A DNA stretch of 64,000 nucleotides from Eledone cirrhosa (taxonomy: Eukaryota). Numbering within the stretch: the first letter of the stretch is position 1; every line of letters begins with the position of its first letter. The stretch is taken from positions 238,762,001 to 238,826,000 of the forward strand of contig OZ024740.1 in the NCBI GenBank assembly GCA_964016885.1, written 5' to 3'. A program made the position numbers and the translations under genes. Under the pieces are notes generated by a model. The model had not been told where the DNA came from. It did no database searches and saw nothing but the letters and a program-made list of their open reading frames with translations. This document shows, piece by piece, positions 41,498-53,769 of this stretch.

Positions 41498-42142
41498 TCT
41501 TCTGTTATAGCCAGCAGGAGGATAATAAACAGATGAGGGCTAAGAACTGAGCCCTGATAGACACGAAACTGCATACCAAATTCTTCGCTGCAGTCATTGT
41601 TAATTCTAACCTTGCTGACTGTTCCTCTCTATACATGGCTTGTACTGCACTTACAAGCCACTCATCTACTCTTAGTTTTCTAAGAGCCCACCTGATAATA
41701 GGAAGAGGGTATCTGTGGTACTTTTATCTGGCACAAATCCCAACTGCATTTCATCTAGGTTAACTTGATCCCTAATCAGCTATGCTATAACTCTTTCTGT
41801 GACCTTCATAACCTGGTCAACCAGTTTAATGCCTCTCTAGGTTTCTCTATCAAGAGCATCTCCTTTGCCCAGTTGATGATGCTGTTGCTACACCAGTCAT
41901 TAGGCATGACATCAACTTGTATTACTTGGTTTACAATATGGGTGACTATGGTGTGACTCAACATCCCAGATGCTTTCAGTATCTCAGCAACTATATCCGA
42001 AAGTCCAGCTGACATGCCTGTCTTCACATCCTTCATTGCCTTACTTACTATACTACTGCTGACTTGTACAGCTGGTCCATCTGTTGGGTCAACTTGAGGT
42101 AAATTATCTTCTTTCCATGCATTCTCCTCATTAAGTAATCTT
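41498..42142 (-). pseudogene. Degraded RTE RT fragment
   Basis: RLLNEEN, VYQGSVLSP and AITEE motifs; paralogous to the start of 42828-44906. Confidence 0.85.
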
Positions 42143-42165
42143 ATATACATATATATACATATATA

Positions 42166-42498
42166 TATCAAAATAAAGATCCAAAGGCATGGTATAAATT
42201 TCCAATCATTTTAATCACAACACATGTTTCCATAAGAGATAGATCGATCGTATGATCATGATCGATTATCACTGATCTCATCAGGTGAATAATGAAATGT
42301 CTTCAAATCTTTGATATGAGGGAGGAAAAACTAACGATGTTCACTCACTAGAGTTATGGGGAACAAAGCTCTTATTCACCTGATGAGATCAGTGATAATC
42401 GATCATGACCATACGATCGATCTATCTCTTATTGAAACATGTGTCGTGATTAAAATGATTGGAAATTCATACCATGCCTTTGGATCTTTATTTTGATA
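42166..42498. mobile_element. Palindromic element (arms 42166-42292 / 42372-42498) with long-stem-II hammerhead motifs
   Basis: Inverted arms; + copy at 42376-42449 reads TCAC-CTGATGA...GAAA-CATGTG-TC-GTGA; minus copy at 42215-42288. Confidence 0.75.
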
Positions 42499-42827
42499 CA
42501 AATACTCCGTTATACATCATCTAGCTGTTCCCATAAATGGAATTGATTGGAGATATACAAAAGCATGGAAAACTTAATATTGCTAACAAAAGTTTATTGG
42601 ACCATATGACACAACCAATAATACACCTTACTATATAACAACTATATATATATATATAAATTTATAGTCCTTGCTGGTGCAAGGTGTGACATGGCTAACC
42701 ATGGCCAGACTTGTCTGCGGGCATGGATGACCCCTCTAACCCATGTAAGCATGGAACAATTGATGCTAAACGGAAATGATGATGATGATGATGATGATAA
42801 TGATATATATATATATATATATATATA

Positions 42828-44906
42828 GCTTGGAAGTGTCACTATGAGAGACTATTAAATGAGGAGAATAAATGGGAAAAAGATAGTCTGCCCCAAATCG
42901 ATCCAATAAAAGGACCAGCGGTGCAAGTTAAAGGTAGTATAATAAGTAAGGCAATCAAAGATATGAAGACAGGCAAGGCAGCTAGGCCTTTGGAGATAGT
43001 TGCTGAGATGTTGAAGGCATCTGGAATGGTGGGACATACTATGGTCACCCGTATAGTTAACCAAGTAATACAGAATGGGGTCATACCAAAAGACTGGCGT
43101 AGCAGCATCATTAACTGCTACAAGGATAAAGGGGATGCTCTAGATAGGGGAAACTATAGAGGCATTAAGTTAGTTGACCAGGTCATGAAGGTTACAGAAA
43201 GAGTTATAACGCAACTAATCAGAGAGCGAATTGATCTAGATGAAATGCAGTTTGGGTTTGTGTCAGGTAAAAGTACCACAGACGCTCTTTTCCTTGTACG
43301 ACAACTACAGAAGTACCTAGCTAAAAGTAAACCTCTCTACTTAGTTTTTGTTGACTTGGAGAAAGCCTTTGACAGTAAGATTAGAATTAACAATGAATAT
43401 TGTGAAGAATTTAGTGTAAAAGTTGGTGTTCATCAAGGCTTTGTCCTTAGCCCCCTCCTATTTATTATTGCCCTTCAGGCTATAACAGAGGAGTTTAAAA
43501 CCGGCTGCCCATGGGAACTCCTATACGCAGATGATCTAACTCTCATAGCTGAATCTATGGCTGAACTAGAGAAGAAATTGCAAACATGGAAGAATGGCCT
43601 AGAATCAAAAGGTCTTAAAGTTAACTTGTCTAAGACTAAAGTTCTAGTTTGTAGAAAGGAAAATAGGGCACAGGTGCCCTCAGGGAAATGGCCATGCTCA
43701 GTGTGTAGGAAAGGAGTAGGCAGAAATTCCAGTTTATGTCCCAAATGCAAACTATGGGTACATAAAAGATGTAGTAGGATCACAGGTAAACTATCTAAGA
43801 ACGTAGACTTTATATGTGGCCGATGCTCAGGTGCAATAAGTAGCAATTGCCCACAGGATACTAGCTCCTTCCATTGCCCAGATGGTTCTATAGAAATAGT
43901 GGACACTTTCCGTTAACTGGGTGACAAAATCAGCAGTGGTGAAGGGTGCTCTGAAAGTATAGTTGCCAGAGTCAGAACGGGATGGAAAAAGTTCAGAGAT
44001 CTTATACTGCTGTTGGCCACAAAAGGTTTCTCTCTAAAAATGAAAGGCAGATTGTATGATGCCTGTATACGAACAGCAATGCTACATGGCAGTGAGACAT
44101 GGGCATTGCGTGCAGAGGACCTGCGCAGACTGGAAAGGAATGAAGCATGCATGTTCCGTTGGATGTGTAATAGTAATATACATGAACAGCAAAGCATAAA
44201 TGAACTAAGTGAGACATTAGGAATAAGAGGGATCAAATGCTGTTTACTCGAGAGAAGACTACGTTGGTATGGTCACGTGATGCGCATAAAAGATGACAGC
44301 TGTATAAAAAAGTGCAGGGCAATCAAAATTGATGGTAGTTACGGAGTAGGTAGACCCAGAAAAACCTGGAACGATTTGATAAATTCTGACCTTACACACT
44401 TGCACCTCTCTAAGACAATGTCACTGGACCGAGATCTTTGGCGCTACACAGTAATACAGAAGACCCGCCTTGCCTAAGTACAAAGCGAAACCTACAGTCA
44501 GTAGGCACCTCTTAACCAAATATACACCCCGTCGCACTACCCCTACCCTATCCTCCCACTCCCACTAACACCACCCTCTCTCTGTAAAGTTTGTACCACA
44601 ACATCCAGTCCAAATAAAATAAATGAGATAATGCGATCGAGATCAATATCGTGTAGGTGTCATGACAAAAAACACACAGTCCACGCTGTAATGTGGCCAT
44701 GTAGGTAACACGGTAAAAAGTTCCTAGTTCCACACTGTAAATGTGGTTGGTGTTAGGAAGGGCATCCAGCCGTAGAAAACCTGCCAGATAGTCCTATATG
44801 AGCGAGACACAGTCACCCGACCAACCTTGCCTCAAGTGGGACAATTCCATCTAACCCATGCTAGCGTGGAAGAAGGACGTTAAACGAAGATGATGATGAT
44901 GATGAT
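42828..44906 (+). mobile_element. 5'-truncated RTE LINE (RT plus PHD-like Cys cluster plus 3'UTR, (GAT)n tail)
   Basis: NYRGIKL, QFGF, DLEKAFD, LLYADD and RRLRWYGHVMR motifs; internal deletion after KAFD; stop at 43914. Confidence 0.93.
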
Positions 44907-45021
44907 ATGTGTGTGTGTTTCAGGTATATTTCCAAAATATAATATTTTAACAAAAATGTTTTCTGCAATACATTATAAAATAATGGTGATAGGCTTTGGG
45001 CTGTGTATAACCATTGACTAA

Positions 45022-45285
<264 letters not shown>

Positions 45286-47150
45286 TAAAGTTTATTTCCT
45301 TAGAAGATTACATATTTCAGATATATTAGGTATATTTAGTAATACATGCCTTGACACTGTATATAACCAGTGTGAATAACTCCAACTAAATACAATATAA
45401 TTGTTTCTACTTTAGGCACAAGGCCAGCAATTACCCAGTACATTACTGGTACTTTATTTTATCGACCCCGTAAGGATGAAAGGCAAAGTCAACCTCGGCG
45501 GGATTTGAACTCAGAGTGTAAAGGGACGTAACTATGCTAGAAAACATGGCGTCCAACCCTCTACCGATACTGCCAAATGATAATTTATAATAATAATTTA
45601 ATAGAAAAAAAAAAAAATTTTTTTTTAGATTGAGAAGAAAGAATGGAATGTAAAGTAAGAAAATATAATTTAAAAAAAAACAGAAAAAGGAAGGGAAAGG
45701 CAAGGGCTCTAGTTTCATGGAAGAATGGGGAGGGTGAGGGTGATTAGGCTCTGGGCCTAGAGCACGGCAGTAATAGGGCTGTGCCCTGCAGACAATGCAA
45801 AAGTATTCCCATGGACTATGGCCAGCAACACCCACTACAACAGCTGCCCCATGTTGCTTATAACAATATTGATTTTTAACTTTAGAAAAATAAATAAATT
45901 AGGTGGAGAAAGACATAGTCAACTGAATTGAGCTCAGTTCCTGACTGGTTTTTATCATAATTGATCTTAGGGTGGTGGATTGGCAGTATCAGTAGAGGGT
46001 CGGAAGCCATGCTTTGCAGCATAGAGCTACGGCCCTTTATGATCTGAGTTCAAATTCCGCCGAGGTTAACTTTGCCTTGCATTCTTACGGGGTCGATAAA
46101 ATAAAGTACCAGTTATGCACTGGGATAATTGTTGGCCTTGTGCCAAAAATAGAAACAATTATAATAGATCTCAGAAGGATTAAAGACAAAGTCTATCCTT
46201 GTGTGGTTTAAACCTAGAATTTAAAAAAGACATAACTAAATACCAAAAACCTTTAGTTCATCACTCCATCATATATGTTGCTAGTAATGCTGGTGCTTTA
46301 ATTGTCTACAGCAATATTTCAATATTAAATTTTGTGTTCACCAGGTATGTTTGTTTTGTTTTGGGAATATTTTTGCAGGAATTCAAAGTGACTAGAATGT
46401 GTTTACAAAACTCCTTCTTTTATTAATAGCAAATGGATTATTTTTCCATACTATATTTTAATTATATGATGACATGCATCTGAAATGTAAATGTTTCCTG
46501 GCAGTGAATCTTGAACAAGGGAGATGGTTATTTACAATGGTAAAGCACCAGAGTATTTAGTGCTTTAGGCTAACTTTACAATGTGTGCCCCTTTCTCCAA
46601 ATTATGTGCTCTATTCTCTTAAATAAAATAATTTTGACTTACAAATCAAGAAGTGTTAAAAACTAAGCTGACAAACTTAGTTTGAAAACACTAAGGAAAT
46701 TAAGCCTGCATTTTCTATTGTACAGTTCACACTTACCCATGTGACAGGTCACTACCCAACCCTCTCCACTGCTTTGGATATTTTCTCAATGCTGCTACAT
46801 AGCAAATATGTCTAGTGATTTATTTATTAATCACAAGAAATTATTATATATTGATTTAATTATACAAATTTGTATAAAACTGTGAGGTTGGCCTCCTAGG
46901 TGGCCTGCTAGTTGCAGCACCAACCCTACTTATGAAAGTACATGAGATAAGAAAGTTGTTTGATTTAAGATAAATTATATTTAAATATATTTGTGTGAAT
47001 ATGTATGAGAATGTATGTTATCTGTTGATAGTTGATAATGGCAACAGAAGGAATGGACTAAGGAAGATCTGGTGGAAATGTGTTCGATATTTAAAGATAA
47101 GTTTATTCAGTAGTAGGAATAAAACATAAAATTCAGGCAATGGCGGCAAA

Positions 47151-47183
<33 letters not shown>

Positions 47184-48065
47184 ATTGTTAAATAGTTTGA
47201 AGTATCAATTTTGAAGTATAATAAGATGGGGGAAGGACAAAACCATTAGATTCTTGATTCAACCTCTAGCTTCTAGTTATTGGATACCTGAGGGATAGTA
47301 AACCTCTCAAAGGTATAACCAAATACTATTATCATTTAGAAGTTAATGTATCAACCCTAATGGAATATAATACTTTTTATTTCAATGAAAGACATATTAA
47401 TATGATGAGTTATTAATAAGTTTCAAGTATTCAAACAAAACGTTTTAGATTTGGATATTTTACAGAATACGATTATCCTCAATGTAACTTATATATTAAT
47501 AATATTTGCTATATTTTAAGTAGTATTTTTTATCATCTTAACACATTTTAGGATCAACTTTCATGGTGTATGAGTTAGCAGAGTTGGTAAGATTGCTTTT
47601 CTTTTAACTGTCATTGTTATTGGTCTTTTGTGTTTCTTTAGATAGGCTGAGAATTTCTTTCTAGAATCATGGAATGGTGATCTCTATTTCTTTCTGTATT
47701 CTTATAAGTCTATTGAGTGGAGAAGAATATTGTTTTCCTTCAGATATTCACTGTATAAAGCAATTTCTACTTTTTTCTGTGATTGTTAATATAGTTTCAT
47801 AAAGGTTGCTTTGCACTTTTAATTTTTGACTGTATAGGTAGTGTCAAGTCATCTTAATTTTTAAATCCCCCTTTTTATTTATTAATTATGTATTTATTAA
47901 TATTTATGTGGGTAGTGTTAAGGTATTTTAATGTGAGTTTTAATGTAGATATTTAATATTTATATACTTATATTTAATATTTAATATTTATTAGAGTGCA
48001 GATTTCTCCTAATTCTTTCTACTTGTGGTTTAGATGATATGGTGCATATATATATATATGTATAT

Positions 48066-48830
48066 TATTACTCTAAGATTTAATTTATCCATTTATCGGT
48101 ATCATCTTATCGAGTGCTTGTGTCAGCTCTGAGAATGTTCTATCGAGAGATGCTGCATTAGCTGCAACTTGGATTTTACTCACTATCATTATTATTATTC
48201 TCTCCCAGCTTTTATAATTAATTAATTAATTGATTATTGATTGATTAATTATCTGTGTTTGTTTGATACTTGGTTGAGAGCTTCATTTTAGAGGCTATGA
48301 ATTGATTCCTTTGTTCACACTTCGAATTTTCCTGCCCAAAACCCGGATGTGATTCTTCCTCATCCCTTGAGAAAGAACACGTGACCCCTGCTGCTATAGC
48401 TGCTACTATAGTATTAGCAGCAGTCACATCGCATCGAGCAGTTGGCACACAGAACGGAATCCCTGTTGATAAAGTGTTTTCGCGTTCGATCTTGATACAG
48501 TACAGACTTGCGCATTGCGTAATTTGGATTGTTGATTTAGGATTTACAGAAACCAATCAAAGATATTTTATAATATCTATTGACTAGGTCCAGGTTCATA
48601 TTAACCTGTTTATATTTTCGTTGTTGTAGTGGCAGGTGGTGGCATTCTTTTACCTAGCCACAGTTTTTGAATTTGTCACACTTTTAACGTATGTTTATTA
48701 CTCTAAGATTTAATTTAGCGATTTATTGATATCAACTTATCAAGTGCTTGTGCCAGCTCTGAGGAGTGTTCTTTCGAGAGATGCTGCATTAGCTGCAACT
48801 TCTATTTTACTGATAGTGTATCATTATTAT
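48066..48830. mobile_element. Non-autonomous element with about 130-bp terminal direct repeats, in (TA)n
   Basis: 48066-48198 repeated at 48697-48830. Confidence 0.7.
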
Positions 48831-48935
48831 CTATATATATATATATGTTTAAGTACATTGTTAGCAGACAATAGTCAAATTCGAAGGTTAGTGATATGAA
48901 CTTTTGACCTGTGCTATTTGAAAGAATGGTCAGAT

Positions 48936-49000
<65 letters not shown>

Positions 49001-49349
49001 ACTCTTCTATTTCTTTCTCTTTTTTACCTTTTCATGATGTTTAAGACAGCAAAATCACACCATCAAACTGACTCCTTCGCTTCTGCCGAGGGTTATAGAA
49101 GCTGGATTCTTATAGAATTCCAGTAATATTTAAGAGCTGAATGAGTGGTCTTGATAAACCCTAACAAGCAAGAAACAGGACTGTTAATCACTCTTCTTTG
49201 CTTTTGCCAAGAATAAGTGACATAGTCATTACTTTAAAACTCATAGTGAATGGTCTTCAAAATGTTTTTAATTAAACATATAGTATATTGCCAAATATAC
49301 TATACATACATTCATGTATACATCACTATTTCAGAGCACCAATACTAAT

Positions 49350-49406
<57 letters not shown>

Positions 49407-49490
49407 AAAGATAAACAGAAATAACAACTCAATTGGTACAATATATAGAAGGAATATATTAGGTTAACACGTGAAATAGCAGGAAGAGGC

Positions 49491-49526
49491 TCTTAACGTT
49501 TCGGACGCTAGTCCTTCATCAGAAGA
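49491..49526 (-). ncRNA. Minimal type I hammerhead ribozyme
   Basis: Reverse complement of the 49697-49732 motif. Confidence 0.8.
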
Positions 49527-49615
49527 AAGAATGAGAAATTAGAAAGATTGAAGGGACGGGCGGGCGGAATCTTAAAAAATATTTTTAGGGAAAAATAACA
49601 GGTCCATTCACGTTG

Positions 49616-49655
<40 letters not shown>

Positions 49656-49696
49656 ACATGAATGGACCTGTTATTTTTCCCTAATTTCTCATTCTT

Positions 49697-49732
49697 TCTT
49701 CTGATGAAGGACTAGCGTCCGAAACGTTAAGA
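49697..49732 (+). ncRNA. Minimal type I hammerhead ribozyme
   Basis: TCTT-CTGATGA-a GGAC tagc GTCC-GAAA-CG-TT-AAGA; palindromic AACGTT. Confidence 0.8.
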
Positions 49733-49817
49733 CCCTCTTCCTGCTATTTCAAGTGTTAACCTAATATATTCCTTCTATATATTGTACCAATTGAGTTGTT
49801 ATTTCTGTTTATCTTTT

Positions 49818-49891
<74 letters not shown>

Positions 49892-50228
49892 TAGTATTGG
49901 TGCTCTGAAATAGTGATGTATACATGAATGTATGTATAGTATATTTGGCAATATACTATATGTTTAATTAAAAACATTTTGAAGACCATTCACTATGAGT
50001 TTTAAAGTAATGACTATGTCACTTATTCTTGGCAAAAGCAAAGAAGAGTGATTAACAGTCCTGTTTCTTGCTTGTTAGGGTTTATCAAGACCACTCATTC
50101 AGCTCTTAAATATTACTGGAATTCTATAAGAATCCAGCTTTTATGACCCTTGGAAGAAGCGAAGGGGTCAGTTTGATGGTGTGATTTTGCATCATGAAAA
50201 GGTAAAAAAAAGAAAGAAATAGAAGAGT

Positions 50229-50285
<57 letters not shown>

Positions 50286-50425
50286 ATCTGACCATTCTTT
50301 CAAATAGCACAGGTCAAAAGTTCATATCACTAACCTTCGAATTTGACTATTGTCTGCTAACAATGTACTTAAACACACACACACATACGTACACAAACAC
50401 ACACACACACACACACATACGTACA

Positions 50426-50491
<66 letters not shown>

Positions 50492-50633
50492 CACACACAT
50501 ATATTTATATATACATTTATAAAAACACATTCATACATACATATATATATACACCACATTCTTGCATAAAACTGGACAATCACATCTCCATACCTTCTAC
50601 AACAACCATCTTATGTCACTAAAGTGTAAAAAT

Positions 50634-50947
50634 TTTGATGAATTGCCATGAACAGTATTTTTTGTTAAATATTGTTCTGGTAATGATTTGATGTCTCATA
50701 AGTAGAGAAATTTCGATGAATTGGCCACAGGATTGTCATTAAGTATTTTTTGTTAAATATTGTTCTGGTAATGATTTGATGTCTCATAAGTAGAGAAATT
50801 TCGATGAATTGGCCACAGGATTGTCATTAAGTATTTTTTGTTAAATATTGTTCTGGTAATGATTTGATGTCTCATAAGTAGAGAAATTTCGATGAATTGG
50901 CCACAGGATTGTCATTAAGTATTTTTTGTTAAAAATATTGTTCTGGT
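50634..50947. repeat. 88-bp tandem repeat, about 3.5 copies
   Basis: Identical units starting at 50655, 50743 and 50831. Confidence 0.93.
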
Positions 50948-52670
50948 GTGTCTAAAAGAGAAAACCAAAAATCCCACCAGGGGGCACGTCTTTGGCAATC
51001 CTAAAGCACATCTATCTTGTTAGGTCCCCATCCCTGCTGATAAGGTCTCCTGTTGATGGAGGGACCTGGGGCAAATGCCCTGTCTGCCCCGCTATAAATT
51101 ACATATATCAATACATTTACAGTTTTAGTCTGAGTAGGCACTGCCTGCCTTACCTTCCCAGAGGACATGTCTCTTAACAACTGCCTATTTATTCCCTCAC
51201 ATAGCAACATTGGGCATAGTTATAGACCATTCTGTAAAGTGCTTGGTGATAGAAAACGCATCCAGCTATAAAAATCTTATAAGAAGGAAATGTACCAACT
51301 TTCTCAGTTTTTATTTATGTGCCAGTTGGCAAGCCACCATGACAGGAAGTGAAACTGTTTGTGATCAATTCAATTCATGCAAGCACAGAAAAACCAAGAC
51401 ATAAAAATGATGATGATTGATGATTATTCAGTAGTACCTACCCTCACTAAAACATTCATTGTTACTCTATCCAACTTTCCAACTTCTGTTATATAAAGAC
51501 ATTCTATAAATAAAAGACAAGTAATCAGTCTTACAGATACTATTTTAACATTTAGCACAGTAAGAATAACTCAACACTTGGTACAGCTTCTATTTAAAGG
51601 GTTTAGTAATATTGACTATATCAATATTGAAAAGCTTAACCAAACAGTGAAAGTATTTTTCCATACTATTACATGTTTACAAATTCTACAACTATTCAGG
51701 GATACTTCCCATCAATAATTGTTTATTGATTTCGTTCTAAGTGGTTAGATAAATATTACTGCTGAAGCAGTCAGGAGTTATGTGACAGAGGATTTCATAT
51801 TTCTCATACCATTTTCCTCATTATATAATTTATATTAAAATCCAATATTAATAAATAAATGACCACCAGCTGGGTGATTCTATTGTGCATTTGTGAGAAA
51901 GTTGGAACATTTTCTCTGTCTAGCAGTTATTAGTATTTTATTTCTTATTCCATAGCAACATAAGTCCTGATGAGACAACTAATATTGATATTGATTAAAT
52001 CTAGGTGCAGACTTATTATATCTTTCATTCGATTGAATTCTCTTTATTACATACTGACTTCTTACATAAACATGAAGCTCAAATTGTGTGGGGATAATAA
52101 ATAGGAAGTTGGGATGTTCAAGCATTTATAAAAGTAATTTGTGCTATAATTAAAGAAAGGTGACTCCAACAGGAAATCAAATGGTCATAGTCTCAATTTA
52201 CTCGCTACTTTTTATTACATATTAATGTTTGTAATGAAAAAGATTTGGCTGACTGTTATGCAGAAATTTCACCTGCTAGTTATCGGTTGAACAAGATTCA
52301 CTAAAGCAAACATTTCTATATTAATAGCTAAAAACAACAGTTTTCATAATTACATTCATGTATATTATACAATAACACCCACCTACATTAAGATTATGAC
52401 TGCTATGCATCAACCATGACATACTTATACCAGTGTGTGATATAGAAACTTTCTCAAAAGCTGTTTGTTACTCCATGTTTTGCTAGTTATTCATAATGTA
52501 GCTGCAACCAAAAGGATCTCCAGTTGTCATGGAAACTACACTGTGGAGCCTAGAATTACCTGTGTTCTAGAAAACTGTATAGCTACAATTAATATAATAA
52601 TAGCTTCATAGTAAACACGATATAGGAGTCTTTGTGTGAAGACATTTGTACTTTGTTCCATATGAAACAC

Positions 52671-52705
<35 letters not shown>

Positions 52706-53581
52706 GCATTGTCATCATCATCATCATCATCATCACTGTTTAATATCTATTTTCCATGCTTTCATGGGTTAGACATCTGTCACATGCTGATGCCATACTG
52801 GTCAAGTGACTAAGTCCTGTTCATATGCTTTGTTTTGGCATGGTTTCTATGGCTGGATGTCCTTCCTAACACTAACCAACTTACAGCATGTACTGGGAGG
52901 ATGGTTTCTATGGCTGGATGCTCTTAATTAACTAAAATTACCCACAACTGAATATTTAAAAGATTCACTTTAACCTTTTCATTTCCAAATCTCTATAGTT
53001 TTCAAATGATTTTGAAAATAATAAAGAATCTGATGGGATTTTGTAATATAACTAATTTTCTTATTATTAAAGTGGTGTTTCGAGCATAGCTTAACAAAGG
53101 TTCTTACATAAAATTATGATAGATGGCTTTTAGGTAAGTATAAACACTTTAGTATGAAACAGCTTAGTATCATGAAACTAGGAGTGATTTCATGTAATTT
53201 GGTATCAAAAGGGTTAATATTACTATGCATTGTTACATCCTGGTCTGTCAGTACCTATATTATCTGTACAAATCTTATGAAAGTTATAATACTAATTTCT
53301 CTATATTCAGATAGTAAGTCCATCATGTAAATATTAAACAGTTAACTTCATTCAAAAGTAATTGTGAAAACAAGTTATTTTTTAAAAGTGGTGTTTAAAA
53401 ATAGAAATAATAATTATTAGCCCCAAACATTAATAAATTGGCAGGATTTTATCCTCTTCAACAAGGCCTGGTTAAAGCAACTAGAGGCCCTGGTAGAGAA
53501 CTCTTGGAACTCACAGTTCCTGCTAACAAGACACTTAATAAAAATTAAAAGTACATGAATGTAGGCTTACACATAGAATAA

Positions 53582-53769
53582 TTGTTTCTACTTTTGGCAC
53601 AAGGCCAGCAATTATCTCAGTGCATTACTGGTACTTTATTTTATTGACTCCGTAAGGATGAAAGGCAAAGTTAACCTCGGCAGGATTTCAACTCAGACTG
53701 TAAAGGGCCGTAACTCTATGCTGCAAAGCATGGCATCTGATCCTCTACCGATGCTGCCAATCACCACCC
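53582..53769 (-). mobile_element. SINE family A copy with TSD
   Basis: TTACACATAGAATAA duplicated on both sides. Confidence 0.85.

Larger units (their letters stand above)
48846..50375. repeat. 1.5-kb composite palindrome centred on (TA)n, containing four hammerhead motifs
   Basis: Arms 48846-49615 / 49654-50375 are reverse complements with a few indels. Confidence 0.93.

Noticed and set aside
51961-52015. Further hammerhead candidate TAAGTC-CTGATGA...GACTTA
   Set aside because: Stem I and half of the core are present, but GAAA and stems II/III are not convincing; a relic at best.
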